Positions 31,655 through 42,002 are shown, counted from the first letter of the stretch. The stretch is DNA of 64,000 nt from an uncultured Chloroflexia bacterium (GCA_963749705.1 CAVVNQ010000003.1:384001-448000); one strand, 5' to 3'. Translations and numbers: made by a program. Notes: generated by a model not told the origin, from the sequence alone.

Positions 31655-33370
31655 CTAGGAGCCCGATGGGGCGGCGGTCGACGCGCCCGGGGACGGGCTG
31701 GGACTCGATGGCGATGGCGATGGCGACGCAGCGGCGGTTGCGGTCGGGGACGGCGATGGTGACGGCGATGGGGGACCGCTCGCGACAGGGCTCCCGGACG
31801 GCGAGGCCGATGGCGCGGATGAGCCGGACGGCGACGGTCCGGACGACGACGAAGGTTCGACGGTCGGCGATGGCTCCGCCGACGCTGACGGCGACGGTGA
31901 TGGCGGCGGCACCGTCCCGAGCAGTGCCGCGATGTCGGCGTGGATCTTCGTGACCTCGGCCGGGGTGAGCCAGGCCGGGTAGCGCGACGGGACGATCCGC
32001 AGCTGCCTGACGGTCGCATGGGCGGCCTTGTCGAACAGCTCGACCAGGCTGGGCAGCGAGCTGCGGGGCAGGTCCGTCCAGGCGAACCCTCGGGCGGCCG
32101 AGAACAGGGCCGGCGCCTTGACGATCGTGGCGGGTCCGATCTGCGACCGGAGCGCGAGGAGGAAGGTCTGCTGGCGGGCCATTCGTCCGTAGTCCGAGTC
32201 CTGGTGGCGGCTGCGGGCATAGGCCAGCGCTGTCCGGCCGTCCATGTGCTGCTGGCCGGCCTTGATGTCGAGCACCATCGACCCCCACACGGGGTCCGGG
32301 TAGTTGTCGTCGTGGACCGGCGACGGAACGTACATGTCGATGCCGCCCATCGCGTCCACGACCTTGATCACGCCCCACAGGTCGGCCACGAGGACCGCAT
32401 CGATCGGCCGGCCGGTCAGCTCGGACACGACCGACCGGACCGCCCCGATGCCCTTGACCGCACCGCTCCCCGGCCAGCGTGAGGGATGCACGGACGTCGC
32501 CTCGACGTACAGCGCGTTGAGCAGGTTCGTGAAGCAGCCGCAACCGACCGCGTCACGTGCCGCGCCCGGCGGGAACGGGGCGTTCACCAGGTTGCGCGGC
32601 AGCCCGATCATCGCGACCTTGCCGGTAGCCACGTCGATCTCGACCAGGAGCATGACATCCATGCGGCGGCTCCAGCGGTCGGTTCCCGCGTCCGATCCCA
32701 GGAGCAGCAGGTCAAACCGGCCATCGTCGCCCCAGGGGATCGCACCGGGGCGAGGCCAGGGGATGGAGGCGTTGAGCGACGGCAGCGTCCCGATCCCGCT
32801 GGTGAACGGGCCGGTCGGCCTGGGGGTCCTGGGCGGCCCGCTCGATGCGGCCGATGGGACGGTCGATGGTGACTCGCCCGGCCCGATGTCCTCGGACGCG
32901 ACCGGGCTGTGATCGGTGGTCGCGGCCGGCGTCGCCGTTGCGTCCGCGGTGAGCAGCGGGTCGGTCGAATCGTCGGGCGACGAGGCGAACATCGAATCGA
33001 GGAAATCGCTCGTCGAGGCGATGTACTCGCCGGCAATGGCATGTGGCACGACCACCAGCACGGCAAGACCGATCGCGAGCGATCCCACCACGGCGCGCGT
33101 CCGCTCGACCCGCCGGGCCGCGTCGATGCCGGCCCCGATGCGCCACACGGCCAGGGCCACGTTGAGCACGAACAGCGCCGGCAGCACCCCGGGCGTGACG
33201 ACGATCGCCAGCAGTCCGACCGGCCCTCGCGTCACCAGGATGAACGCCAGCCCGAGCAGCAGCAGCAGCACGGGGGCAACGAACAGCGCTGCCGGCCTGC
33301 GTCGACCCAGGTACAGGTGGCCGGCACCGGGCACGATCAGCCCCAGCAGGCCCGCAAGGGCAGCGCGCAT
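31655..33370 (-). CDS. LCP (LytR-CpsA-Psr) family protein with Ser/Pro-rich tail
   Basis: N-terminal TMs; LLLGSD, RMDVM, LPRN, VDAMGGI, ALAYARSRH, DYGRMARQQ. Confidence 0.92.
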   Translation of the reverse strand: MRAALAGLLGLIVPGAGHLYLGRRRPAALFVAPVLLLLLGLAFILVTRGPVGLLAIVVTPGVLPALFVLNVALAVWRIGAGIDAARRVERTRAVVGSLAIGLAVLVVVPHAIAGEYIASTSDFLDSMFASSPDDSTDPLLTADATATPAATTDHSPVASEDIGPGESPSTVPSAASSGPPRTPRPTGPFTSGIGTLPSLNASIPWPRPGAIPWGDDGRFDLLLLGSDAGTDRWSRRMDVMLLVEIDVATGKVAMIGLPRNLVNAPFPPGAARDAVGCGCFTNLLNALYVEATSVHPSRWPGSGAVKGIGAVRSVVSELTGRPIDAVLVADLWGVIKVVDAMGGIDMYVPSPVHDDNYPDPVWGSMVLDIKAGQQHMDGRTALAYARSRHQDSDYGRMARQQTFLLALRSQIGPATIVKAPALFSAARGFAWTDLPRSSLPSLVELFDKAAHATVRQLRIVPSRYPAWLTPAEVTKIHADIAALLGTVPPPSPSPSASAEPSPTVEPSSSSGPSPSGSSAPSASPSGSPVASGPPSPSPSPSPTATAAASPSPSPSSPSPSPGASTAAPSGS

Positions 33371-33513
33371 GGCGCAACTGTCATGTGCGCGACGGGATCC
33401 AGTCAAGTTCGCCCGTATCGCCCGCGTGGCCCCGCGATCGTGCCGGCGGGCCCGGAACCGTCAGGAGCGCCGCGGCCGGCCCGGGCGGGCCGGCCGCGGC
33501 ATGGCCGTCTCGC

Positions 33514-33828
33514 TCAGGAGACCGGCACGTGATGGATGTACGAGCCGTGCGTTGCGAAGCGGAGGATCGCGTCGACGACGACGCCCACGACGAGCAGGCC
33601 CCCGACGGCCGGGATGACGGCCATGCTGTCCCACACGGGGTCGACCTCGCGGAATGCGGTGATCCATTCCGTGCACACGAACCCGCCGGCGAACGCCGCA
33701 ACGGCGGTGATCACCCACTCGTATCCGAACCGCACGTCGCCGATCAGCTGGAGGACGACGCCGAGGACGACCGCCCCCACGACCAGGGAGATGGCTGCGT
33801 AGATGCCGATATCGGTCGTGAAATCCAT
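33514..33828 (-). CDS. Small 3-TM membrane protein (GlsB/YeaQ-like)
   Basis: SD GAGGAGG before ATG 33828; three Gly-rich hydrophobic segments. Confidence 0.65.
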   Translation of the reverse strand: MDFTTDIGIYAAISLVVGAVVLGVVLQLIGDVRFGYEWVITAVAAFAGGFVCTEWITAFREVDPVWDSMAVIPAVGGLLVVGVVVDAILRFATHGSYIHHVPVS

Positions 33829-34024
33829 CCGGACCTCCTCCCGGGCATGCCTCGCCGGCGGCACCATCCCGATCGGCCGCCGAGCCTGTGCTGTCGCCCG
33901 GTCATCACGATATTGAGCAGCGTCCTCAGCGCACGACCAGATGCATCAGGCCCGTTCGGGCGGGAGGTCGGGACGGTTCGCGTCCGGATCGTTGGTGGGC
34001 AGCCCGCGATCGACGCCGGTGACC

Positions 34025-35257
34025 TCAAGACGCCGATCTCCGCAGCCACAGTCCGGCCCGGGTCGGGTTGACGGACCCGACGGCTGTCGCCCGCAAGTCG
34101 CTGGTGACAGTCTCCAGCTCGACCTCGTCGCGCAGCCGCTCGGCAAAGGCATCGACCGTCTGCTGGCCGTCATACCGGGCCCGGTCGAACCGGCGATCGA
34201 CCGCGACCTGGATCCGCCGCCGCAGCGGCTGGAACAGGGCGAACGCGGCCAGGGTGGACGCCGCGACCGCGAGCGTCTCGCCCTGGGTGAACCCGGCGAG
34301 CAGCGCCTGCAATGCCAGCACCACACCCACGAACACGGCGGCCAGGATCCCGGTCACCAGCGCCCAGCCGATGGTGCGGCTGATCAGGCGGTCGATGTCG
34401 TACAGCCGGTACCGCAGGATCGCGATCCCGATCGCGATCGGTATTGCGGTTCCGGTCAGTGCATACGCCACCAGCGGCCCTTCCCCGATGCTGGCGCTCC
34501 CGATCACGCCCGCGAGCCCGACCAGGATCAGCGACGAAGCGGCCAGCACGACCGACCACGCGAACCAGCGGAGCTGGACCCGTTCGACCCGGCTGGCCGC
34601 GCGATACCGTGCCGCGACCGCTAGCGAGCCGACGAGCGGGATGAGCAGCCCCGCGCCCAGCACGACCATCAGGGTGAACTGGTCTCCGAACACGCCACGG
34701 AGGTCGGGGCCGACTCCGAACGGGTTCGTGATCGACGTGAACAGATATAGCGATCCCGGTTGGACCAGCAGCGCCGTGCTCGCCACTATCGAGGCGGTGA
34801 GCACGATCAACCCGATCATGCCCCAGCGTGGCGTGTGTCCTCGACCGGTGGGGAAGATGATGGCGAGATAGAACACTCCGATGCCGAAGACGTTCGCCAA
34901 ACCGGTGAGCCACCCGAACAGGCCTGCCGCCGTGCCGGTTCCCCGCTCGTCGATGACGGCGATACTCGTCAGCTGCCCGAGCACGATCGATGCCGCGTAG
35001 CCGGCGCCGACGAGGACCATCCAGCGGCCCACGACGTTGTCGGTCCGGCGCACCATGAGGATGGCGCCAACCGACGCCCAGACGATCCCGAGCACTGCGA
35101 ACGCCACCATCCCGATGGGTCCCATGCCAAAGATGCTCTCGGCGACCGGGACCGGACGAAGGATTCGCAGCGCAACGCCGGCGAGCGCGCACGCCATCGC
35201 CGTCACCCAGCCGAGGACCGCGACCAAGCGCACGAGCCCCGTCTGGCGTGTCGTCAT
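34025..35257 (-). CDS. Multi-TM sensor-like membrane protein without catalytic output domain
   Basis: FPTGR, QLRWFAW, AILRYRLYDID, PLRRRIQVAVDRRF; resembles N-terminus of 57797-59341. Confidence 0.75.
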   Translation of the reverse strand: MTTRQTGLVRLVAVLGWVTAMACALAGVALRILRPVPVAESIFGMGPIGMVAFAVLGIVWASVGAILMVRRTDNVVGRWMVLVGAGYAASIVLGQLTSIAVIDERGTGTAAGLFGWLTGLANVFGIGVFYLAIIFPTGRGHTPRWGMIGLIVLTASIVASTALLVQPGSLYLFTSITNPFGVGPDLRGVFGDQFTLMVVLGAGLLIPLVGSLAVAARYRAASRVERVQLRWFAWSVVLAASSLILVGLAGVIGSASIGEGPLVAYALTGTAIPIAIGIAILRYRLYDIDRLISRTIGWALVTGILAAVFVGVVLALQALLAGFTQGETLAVAASTLAAFALFQPLRRRIQVAVDRRFDRARYDGQQTVDAFAERLRDEVELETVTSDLRATAVGSVNPTRAGLWLRRSAS

Positions 35258-35670
35258 GACGGCCCGGCTCCGTTCCAGAAGCAGCTCGGCCTGGCTCTCA
35301 CGCTACGCCACGTTCGCTGGCATCGAACCGGCTCGCGACGAAGCAGTCGTGTCCGAGCGCGGTCCCTCCGAAAGTGGCGATCAGCGTTCCGGTGAGGTTA
35401 GAGCGGGCGGGCCTGCGTCTCATCGATGCCCCCAGCCTGCGGCAGCTCCAGGGATGGGCTGCTCGGTGACAGTCAATCGACGACGCGTCCTGAGATCGTT
35501 ACGGAGGACGCCTCGGCTCCGCACCGCGCCCGACCTGCGGGCGAGGCCACTGGGCGACCGATACCGCATGCCGGCGGTACCCACTGGCTATCGAGCGCTA
35601 CGAGCGCCGCAGACCCCTTCGCTATCGCATCAGACGTGTGCTGTGTACCCTGTCCGAGCACGGATCCGAT

Positions 35671-35745
35671 CGGGGTGTGGCGCAACGGTGGCGCACGTGC
35701 TTTGGGAGCACGAGGATGTGGGTTCGAATCCCACCGCCCCGACCA
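35671..35745 (+). tRNA. tRNA-Pro (UGG)
   Basis: Cloverleaf; anticodon arm cgtgc-ttTGGga-gcacg; GGTTCGAATCC; encoded CCA; upstream TACCCT. Confidence 0.96.
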
Positions 35746-35805
35746 ACTTCTCATGATGCTGCCGGGGGATGCGCTCGCCGCCACCTGATCTCGCGGAGCC
35801 CGAAC

Positions 35806-36177
35806 TTGACCTATCTCGCGATCTCGATCGGTGCTGTTCTCGGCGCGAACATCCGCTACATCCTGGGTGGCTGGATCGCCGAGCGGACGACGGCCTCGTT
35901 CCCGTGGGCGACGCTGGTCATCAATGCCAGCGGGTCGCTGATCATCGGGCTGGTGCTCACGCTCGTCACCGAGCGGATCGCCGCCCCGGCCTGGGTGCGG
36001 CCGATGATCGCGATCGGGTTCCTGGGCTCGTACACGACGTTCTCGACGTTCTCGTGGGAGACGCTGGCGCTCGCCCGTGACGGCGCGTGGCTGGCGGCGG
36101 GGGTCAACGTGGCCCTGAGCATCGCCGCCTGCCTGGTCGGCGTCTATGCCGGCACCCTGATCGGGCGCGCGATCTGA
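35806..36177 (+). CDS. crcB: Fluoride channel Fluc/CrcB
   Basis: GANIRY, FPWATLVIN, GFLGSYTTFSTFS; TTG start with GGAG. Confidence 0.93.
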   Translation: MTYLAISIGAVLGANIRYILGGWIAERTTASFPWATLVINASGSLIIGLVLTLVTERIAAPAWVRPMIAIGFLGSYTTFSTFSWETLALARDGAWLAAGVNVALSIAACLVGVYAGTLIGRAI

Positions 36178-36188
36178 TGGAGGGCGAG

Positions 36189-37472
36189 ATGAAGGGCCAG
36201 GCGCGCGGAGTCCGGGTCCAGGTGTTCCTCGGCGAGAGCGAGCAGGAAGGCCACCGGCCGCGGTACCAGGCGCTGCTCGAGTACCTGCGACGCGAAGGCG
36301 CGGCCGGGGCGACCGTGACGCGCGGGATCGCCGGCTTCGGCGCCAACAGCAAGATCAAGACCTCGACGATCCTGCGGCTGTCGCTGGACCTCCCGGTCGT
36401 GCTGACCTGGATCGACGCCCCGGAGCGCGTCGAGCGCCTGCTCCCGGGCCTGCGCGAGCTCAGCGGCTCCGGGATCGTGACGGTCGAGGACGTCGGCATC
36501 GCCGGGTATGGCGGCCGGCGGCTGGAGCAGCTCCGGTTCGACCTCCAGGTCCGCGACGTGATGCGCCGGGCGGTGATCTCCGTGTCCTAGGATGCGCAGG
36601 TGCGGGACGCGATCCGTGCGCTCGTCGGCCGCGAGTTCCGGGCGCTGCCCGTCGTCGCCGCGGATGGACGCCTGGTCGGGATCGTCGCCAACAGCGACCT
36701 CCTCGCGTGGGGCCTGCCGATGCGCATGGAGCTGCTGTCGGCGACGCCCGAGGAGGTGCGCTCGGGCGTCATCGACGGGTTGCCGGACGGGATCGTCCGG
36801 GAGGTCATGCGACCGAACCCCACCACGCTCCCCGAGGATGCGTCGCTCGCCCAGGCCACCCGGCGGATGGCCGAGGAGGGATTGAAGCGGCTGCCGGTCG
36901 TCGATGGCGGAGGACGACTGGCCGGGATCCTGTCACGCGCCGACGTGCTGCATGCGGTTGCCGAATCCTTCCCCCGTCTGGTCGCGGAGGCTCCCGCCGC
37001 CCACCCGACGGCGCGCACCGCGGGCGACGTGATGCGCGCCGATGCGCCCGTGGTCCGCGCCGATGCGACGCTGGACGAGGTCGTCGACGCGGTCGCGTCC
37101 ACGCGGCTCAACCGGGTCGTGGTCGTGGATCCGGACAGCCGCGTGGTCGGGGTCATCAGTGACGCCGACGTGCTGCGTTCGGTGGAGCCGGCGGCGCGAC
37201 CCGGGGTCCTCGGTGCGCTGATGCGAGCCGGCGGTGCCGCGTCCGGAAGCGCGACCGCGGCGGATCTGATGCACACCGATGCGCCGATCGTGACCCGCTC
37301 CACCACCCTGGCCGAGGCGGCGCAGGCGATGGTGGCGCACGGTCGCAAGGTCCTGCCCGTGGTGGACGACTCGGGCCGGCTCCTCGGGATCGTCGACCGC
37401 GCGGATCTCCTCCGGGCGGCGTCCGGAGCCCTGGCCGATCTCGCCCGGCTCGACGTGGAGGACAGCGAGTGA
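36189..37472 (+). pseudogene. DUF190 (PII-like)-multi-CBS fusion interrupted by in-frame TAG at 36588-36590
   Basis: GATVTRGIAGFG, LSLDLPVV; first CBS reads VRDVMRRAVISVS*DAQVRDAI in one frame. Confidence 0.75.
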
Positions 37473-37587
37473 GCCACGTGGCACGGTCAGCAGGGCGGGA
37501 GGTGGGCTGCGGCCCGGCCGCGGTGGGGCGGCGTCCGGGACGTTCGGCACTGTGCCCGCGACCGGACCCGGCCGGACGCTTTGCATC

Positions 37588-38052
37588 GTGACCGCCGCCT
37601 TCGCCCGCATCCGCCACATCCACCCGGGCTGGATCCTCGCCACCCTCGACGTCATCGGCCTGCTCATCGCCATCTACCTGTCGGTCGTCGAGCTTGGCGG
37701 TGGCGTTCCGTACTGCGGTCCGCTTCATGGCTGCGAGACCGTCGCGCAGAGCAAGTACGCGCGGATCGCCGGCGTCCCGGTTGCCGTCTACGGCGTGGCG
37801 CTGTCGCTGATCCTGCTCGGACTCGCCATCGCCTGGATCCGATCCGATCGCCCCGGGCTGCTCGACGCCCATTACGGGCTGTCGCTGATCGGGGTGATCT
37901 TCGAGGTCTACTTCCTCAGCCTCCAGCTGTTCGTCATCCACGCCGTGTGCGTGTGGTGCACGACCTACGGGCTGTCCCTGATCGCGAGGTTCCTGGTGGC
38001 GATGGTGATCTGGATCCGGCGTGGGAGGCTCGCGGCCCGGCTGGGCAGATAG
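37588..38052 (+). CDS. Vitamin K epoxide reductase (VKOR) family protein
   Basis: C...GCETVAQSKYA, CVWC, 4 TMs. Confidence 0.88.
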   Translation: MTAAFARIRHIHPGWILATLDVIGLLIAIYLSVVELGGGVPYCGPLHGCETVAQSKYARIAGVPVAVYGVALSLILLGLAIAWIRSDRPGLLDAHYGLSLIGVIFEVYFLSLQLFVIHAVCVWCTTYGLSLIARFLVAMVIWIRRGRLAARLGR

Positions 38053-38086
38053 GCCCAGGCGGTCCTGCGCCCGGGCGGGCCGCTGA

Positions 38087-38941
38087 TCAGTCGATCCTCG
38101 GCGGCCCGGCATCGATGCGGTCGCGTAGCCTGCCCTCGGAGGTGTCCGCCCAGTCCGCCTCGATCCACCAGGTGGCGCCCGCCTCCTCGTGGGCGCGGAC
38201 GATCGCTGCCGCCGCAGCCGGGTCGTCGGACGGGGTCACGCCGTCGACGATGATCTCGAACGGCCGCTCAAGGTCGGCTGGACGATCCCGGAGCTCCGCC
38301 GGACGTTCGCGACGGATCCAGTCGACCACCGCTCGCAGGGCAGCGGGGTCTGTCGCCGCGTCCCCTTCCGCCCGCGCCTGGACGACGATCCCGTCCCAGC
38401 GCACCGCGCGTCGCATCGAGCGCGGGTGCGGCCACGCCCCGACGACCCAGACCGGGATCCGTGGCTGCTGGATCGGCGGTGGCACGAGCCGCATCGGCCC
38501 GAAGCGGTAGTGCTCGCCGGCGAACGCGAACGGCTCGCCGCGGCCCAGCCCGTCGAGGATCGCGAGCGTCTCGTCAAGGAGCTCTGCCCGCGCCTTTGCG
38601 CTCGTCGGTTCGCCGACGTTGCCAAATCCCAGATCGTCGCGGGCACCGATCCCGACCGGCAGGACGAGGCGGCCGTTGGACAGGATGTCGATCGACGCCG
38701 CCTCCTTGGCAAGCTTCCACGGGCGTCGCCGCGCGGGGGCGAAGACCATGGCACCCAGCGTGACCCGGCTCGTCCGCATGGCCATCGCCGCGAGCGTCAC
38801 CCACGGGTCGTACAGCGGCTCGTCGCCGATCGCGATCGCGTCGTAGGTGAACACGCCGTCCCAGCCCGCCGTCTCGGCCGCGGCGGCGTGCTCGGCCACG
38901 GCCCTGGGGTCGCCGGAGGTCACGATGATCCCGTACTTCAT
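38087..38941 (-). CDS. LLM-class flavin-dependent oxidoreductase
   Basis: GWDGVF, DPWVTLAAMA, RRRPWKLA, LSNGRL, QQPRIPVWV. Confidence 0.9.
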   Translation of the reverse strand: MKYGIIVTSGDPRAVAEHAAAAETAGWDGVFTYDAIAIGDEPLYDPWVTLAAMAMRTSRVTLGAMVFAPARRRPWKLAKEAASIDILSNGRLVLPVGIGARDDLGFGNVGEPTSAKARAELLDETLAILDGLGRGEPFAFAGEHYRFGPMRLVPPPIQQPRIPVWVVGAWPHPRSMRRAVRWDGIVVQARAEGDAATDPAALRAVVDWIRRERPAELRDRPADLERPFEIIVDGVTPSDDPAAAAAIVRAHEEAGATWWIEADWADTSEGRLRDRIDAGPPRID

Positions 38942-39001
38942 GCGCGGGATTCTGCCTGCTCGCGGGGCGGCGGCGCGCGGCGTCGAGGCGTAATCCCGGG
39001 C

Positions 39002-39157
39002 CGCGCATGCGTACCGGGTTTGGCGGGCCTCGGAACGTGATGGCGGCGACCGCTCGGGGCCAGGACATGCGTGGCAGGCATGCGACGCGCCCAGACGATC
39101 CGGTTCTGGCGCGATCGGCCGCGACGTGCGGCTCGCTACGCGTGGTACGCATGCGCG
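39002..39157 (-). repeat. 156-bp element bounded by 14-bp inverted repeats (MITE/REP-like), copy 1
   Basis: cgcgcatgcgtacc (39002-39015) and ggtacgcatgcgcg (39144-39157); ends shared with 51268-51470. Confidence 0.75.
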
Positions 39158-39392
39158 CCGACCAGAAGAGGGCGGACCGCGACCGCCACGAACGCAATGC
39201 CGACCGGCCCGACAACTTCGGGACGTCCCGCCGGTTGCAGCACGCTCGCCCGCTGCGAGGCTGCGCGTGACCCTTCCGGGGGTCGGCGTCCCGGTGCGCC
39301 GCGAGTCGGCGGACGAGGGTCGTCCCATGCGTCCCGGCATGGCTCGCCGCCCGAGTGGCGTGACCGGCCTTGCCGCTCGTTCGGAGGTCCAC

Positions 39393-39848
39393 ATGTCGAC
39401 GCGCTCCGCCGCGTTCCTGCTGTCACTCGTGGCCGCGGCCTCGATTGCCGCGTGCTCGTCGGGCACGGGTGGAGCCGCGAGCGGCGCGGTGACCGTGACG
39501 GACGCCTGGGCGCGGCCGTCCACGGGCATGGACATGGCCAGCGCCGCATACCTCACGATCACCAACGGGACTGCGCAGGACGACGCGCTCCTGAGCGTCG
39601 CGACGCCCGCGGCCGGCAGCCCGGAGATCCACGAGAGCTCTGCCGACGCCAGCGGCATGATGGCCATGCACCCCGTCGACCGCGTCGAGATCCCGGCGGG
39701 GCAGACCGTGACGTTCCAGCCCGGCGGCTTCCACGTCATGCTCAACGACCTCACAGCCGACCTGACGGTCGGGGCGACGATCGAGCTCACCCTCACCTTC
39801 GAGAAGGCCGGTGACATCCAGGTCACGGCCACGGTCCGCGCCTCCTGA
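39393..39848 (+). CDS. Copper chaperone PCu(A)C lipoprotein
   Basis: Lipobox IAAC; DAWARP, EIHES...GMMAM, PGGFHVML. Confidence 0.93.
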   Translation: MSTRSAAFLLSLVAAASIAACSSGTGGAASGAVTVTDAWARPSTGMDMASAAYLTITNGTAQDDALLSVATPAAGSPEIHESSADASGMMAMHPVDRVEIPAGQTVTFQPGGFHVMLNDLTADLTVGATIELTLTFEKAGDIQVTATVRAS

Positions 39849-39849
39849 G

Positions 39850-41529
39850 ATGACGCCGCGTCCCGCCGACCCGGTCTCGCGCCCCGCGGTCCCGGCTTCG
39901 CGCCCCGCGGACCCGGCTCCGAGCCCGGCCAGCCCGGCCGCGGCCTCGATCCCCGTCGACCGACGGGCCGCAATCGCCGGCACGGTCGCACTGCTGTTGC
40001 TCGGTCTGCTTGCCGCCGGCCTGGTGGCGATCGTGGCCATGGCCCGAGACGGCGCCCTGCCGGCCGACGGCGGGACGGTGGCAGACCCGGCGGGGTTCGT
40101 GTACCGGGACGTCGCCGCCGCACCGCCGCTGGAGCTCCTCGACCAGGACGGGCGGCCGTTCACCCTCACCTCGCTGCGTGGGCGGCCGGCGCTCGTGTTC
40201 TTCGGCTACACCCACTGCCCCGACGTGTGCCCCGCGACCGTCGGGGTGATCAACGAGACGCTGGCCACCGTGCCGGCCGGAACCCGCGCGGTGTTCGTGT
40301 CCATCGATCCGGAGCGCGATGACGCCGCCGCGATGAAGTCGTACCTGCGCTACCTGCCGTCCGCCTACGTCGGGCTCAGCGGCCAGCCGGATGCCATCCG
40401 CCGCAACGCCGACGCCTGGGGCGTGCACTACGCGAAGGTCGAGACGGGCTCCGCGGGCGGGTATTCGATGGCGCACACGGCCGATGTCTATCTGGTTGAC
40501 GCGCAGGGTCGGCTGCGCGCGCACTTCCCGTTCGGCGTCCAGCCCGGGGACATCGCTGCGGCCCTCCGGGTGCTGCTCGACGAGACGCCACCACCGTCGG
40601 ATCTCCCCACGGGATCGATCCCCGCCAGCACGACGCCCGCACCCACGCCGGACGCGGCCTCGATCACCCCGGCGCCCGCGCTCACGATGCCGACCACGGG
40701 CGTTCTCCGGGCAACGGTGGTGTCCACCTCCGTCTGGGCCGGTGGGCAGACGCCCGTGATCCTCAGCATCCGCGATGAATCCGGTGCCACGCTGGATGGC
40801 GCGGTGCCGGTTCGCGTCCAGGTCGTGTCCACCGTCGATGGCTCGCCGTCCGGGGAGGCTGTCGCTGCCGTGGCGATCCGGCCATCGGGCGAGACCGCGG
40901 TCTCCTACGTGGCCACCGTGGACATCCCGTCCCCGGGTCCGTGGCGGCTTCGGATGACCGCGGCCGATGGCCGATCCGGCGTGGCGGATGTGGTCGCGAT
41001 GGACCCCGGCAGCACGGCGAAGCTCGGCGGCCCGGCCCCGAACATCGCAACCCCCACGCTCGACGATGTCGGCGGATTGGCGCTCGCGATCACCACCGCG
41101 CCCCAGCCCGACCTCCGGTTCTCACGGACCTCCACGACGCAGGCCACCGCGGCCGGCAAGCCGTACGTGCTGGTCGTCGATTCGGCGCGGTTCAAGGTGA
41201 CGATCGCGTGCGGTCGGGCGCTGGGGATGGTCCAGTACCAGCTGGATCGCTGGACCGACGTGGCGTTCATCCACCTCGAGCCGTTCCAGTACACGATCGT
41301 CACCAGCGAGCCGGTGCTCAGCGGCGATGCGTCACGGCCGCCGATCAACCGCTGGGCGGCCGCGTGGGGGCTGGGGGATGCGACCTGGCCATCGACGGCG
41401 ATGCCCTGGATCTTCGTCGTCGACGGATCCGGCATCGTCCGCGCGAAGTACACGGGTGTCGCCGGCTCGGCCGACGTCGACGTGATCCTCAGCCTGATCG
41501 CGGGCTCGGGCGTGATCGCGGGCTCGTGA
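39850..41529 (+). CDS. SCO-family protein fused to Ig-like and thioredoxin-like domains
   Basis: FFGYTHCPDVCP, SIDPERD, MAHT; C-terminal FIHLEP...PWIFVVD. Confidence 0.85.
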   Translation: MTPRPADPVSRPAVPASRPADPAPSPASPAAASIPVDRRAAIAGTVALLLLGLLAAGLVAIVAMARDGALPADGGTVADPAGFVYRDVAAAPPLELLDQDGRPFTLTSLRGRPALVFFGYTHCPDVCPATVGVINETLATVPAGTRAVFVSIDPERDDAAAMKSYLRYLPSAYVGLSGQPDAIRRNADAWGVHYAKVETGSAGGYSMAHTADVYLVDAQGRLRAHFPFGVQPGDIAAALRVLLDETPPPSDLPTGSIPASTTPAPTPDAASITPAPALTMPTTGVLRATVVSTSVWAGGQTPVILSIRDESGATLDGAVPVRVQVVSTVDGSPSGEAVAAVAIRPSGETAVSYVATVDIPSPGPWRLRMTAADGRSGVADVVAMDPGSTAKLGGPAPNIATPTLDDVGGLALAITTAPQPDLRFSRTSTTQATAAGKPYVLVVDSARFKVTIACGRALGMVQYQLDRWTDVAFIHLEPFQYTIVTSEPVLSGDASRPPINRWAAAWGLGDATWPSTAMPWIFVVDGSGIVRAKYTGVAGSADVDVILSLIAGSGVIAGS

Positions 41530-41588
41530 TCACGCCCGCTGGGGCCGCCATGGGGCGTCGGCACCGAGCTTGACGTCCCCGCCGGACG

Positions 41589-42002
41589 TCACGGTCGCCG
41601 ATGACCTGCGGTGACGCGCGTGCGCCCGTCCTCGAGGCGTTCGAGGTGGATCGGCACGCCTCGAACCTGGCAATCCTCCGGCAGCGACGAATCGATCGAG
41701 GCGTTCGTGAGCACAATTCGGTGCGCGAAGCCGCGCCGGATCAGCTCCGCCGCCGCGAGGACCTGATGGTCACCGATGGGGCGCTCGACGCGCGCGCGCG
41801 GCAGCACCGGCAGCGGGCTGCCGTCGACCTCGAACGAGCGTCCCGTCGACGGGCCGTCCTCCGCCCGCCGGCGTGGAGGATCCCCGTAATCGACCGCGAC
41901 CGCGACCAAGAGCGTCGCCGGGGCCGCGCCTGCGGCGACGTCCGCATCACCCGCAACGGGCGTGATGAACGCCGGTGCGTTGAGATCCATGTCCATGTCC
42001 AC
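41589..42002 (-). CDS. Hypothetical protein
   Basis: 137-aa ORF; TACGTT 6 nt before GTG. Confidence 0.5.
   Translation of the reverse strand: MDMDMDLNAPAFITPVAGDADVAAGAAPATLLVAVAVDYGDPPRRRAEDGPSTGRSFEVDGSPLPVLPRARVERPIGDHQVLAAAELIRRGFAHRIVLTNASIDSSLPEDCQVRGVPIHLERLEDGRTRVTAGHRRP

Noticed and set aside
31660-31920. ggcgatggcgac-type short repeats
   Set aside because: They encode the Ser/Pro low-complexity tail of the LCP protein
35750-35805. Fluoride riboswitch upstream of crcB
   Set aside because: GGGGATGCGCTCGCC only loosely resembles the 5' part; no matching pseudoknot or 3' element found
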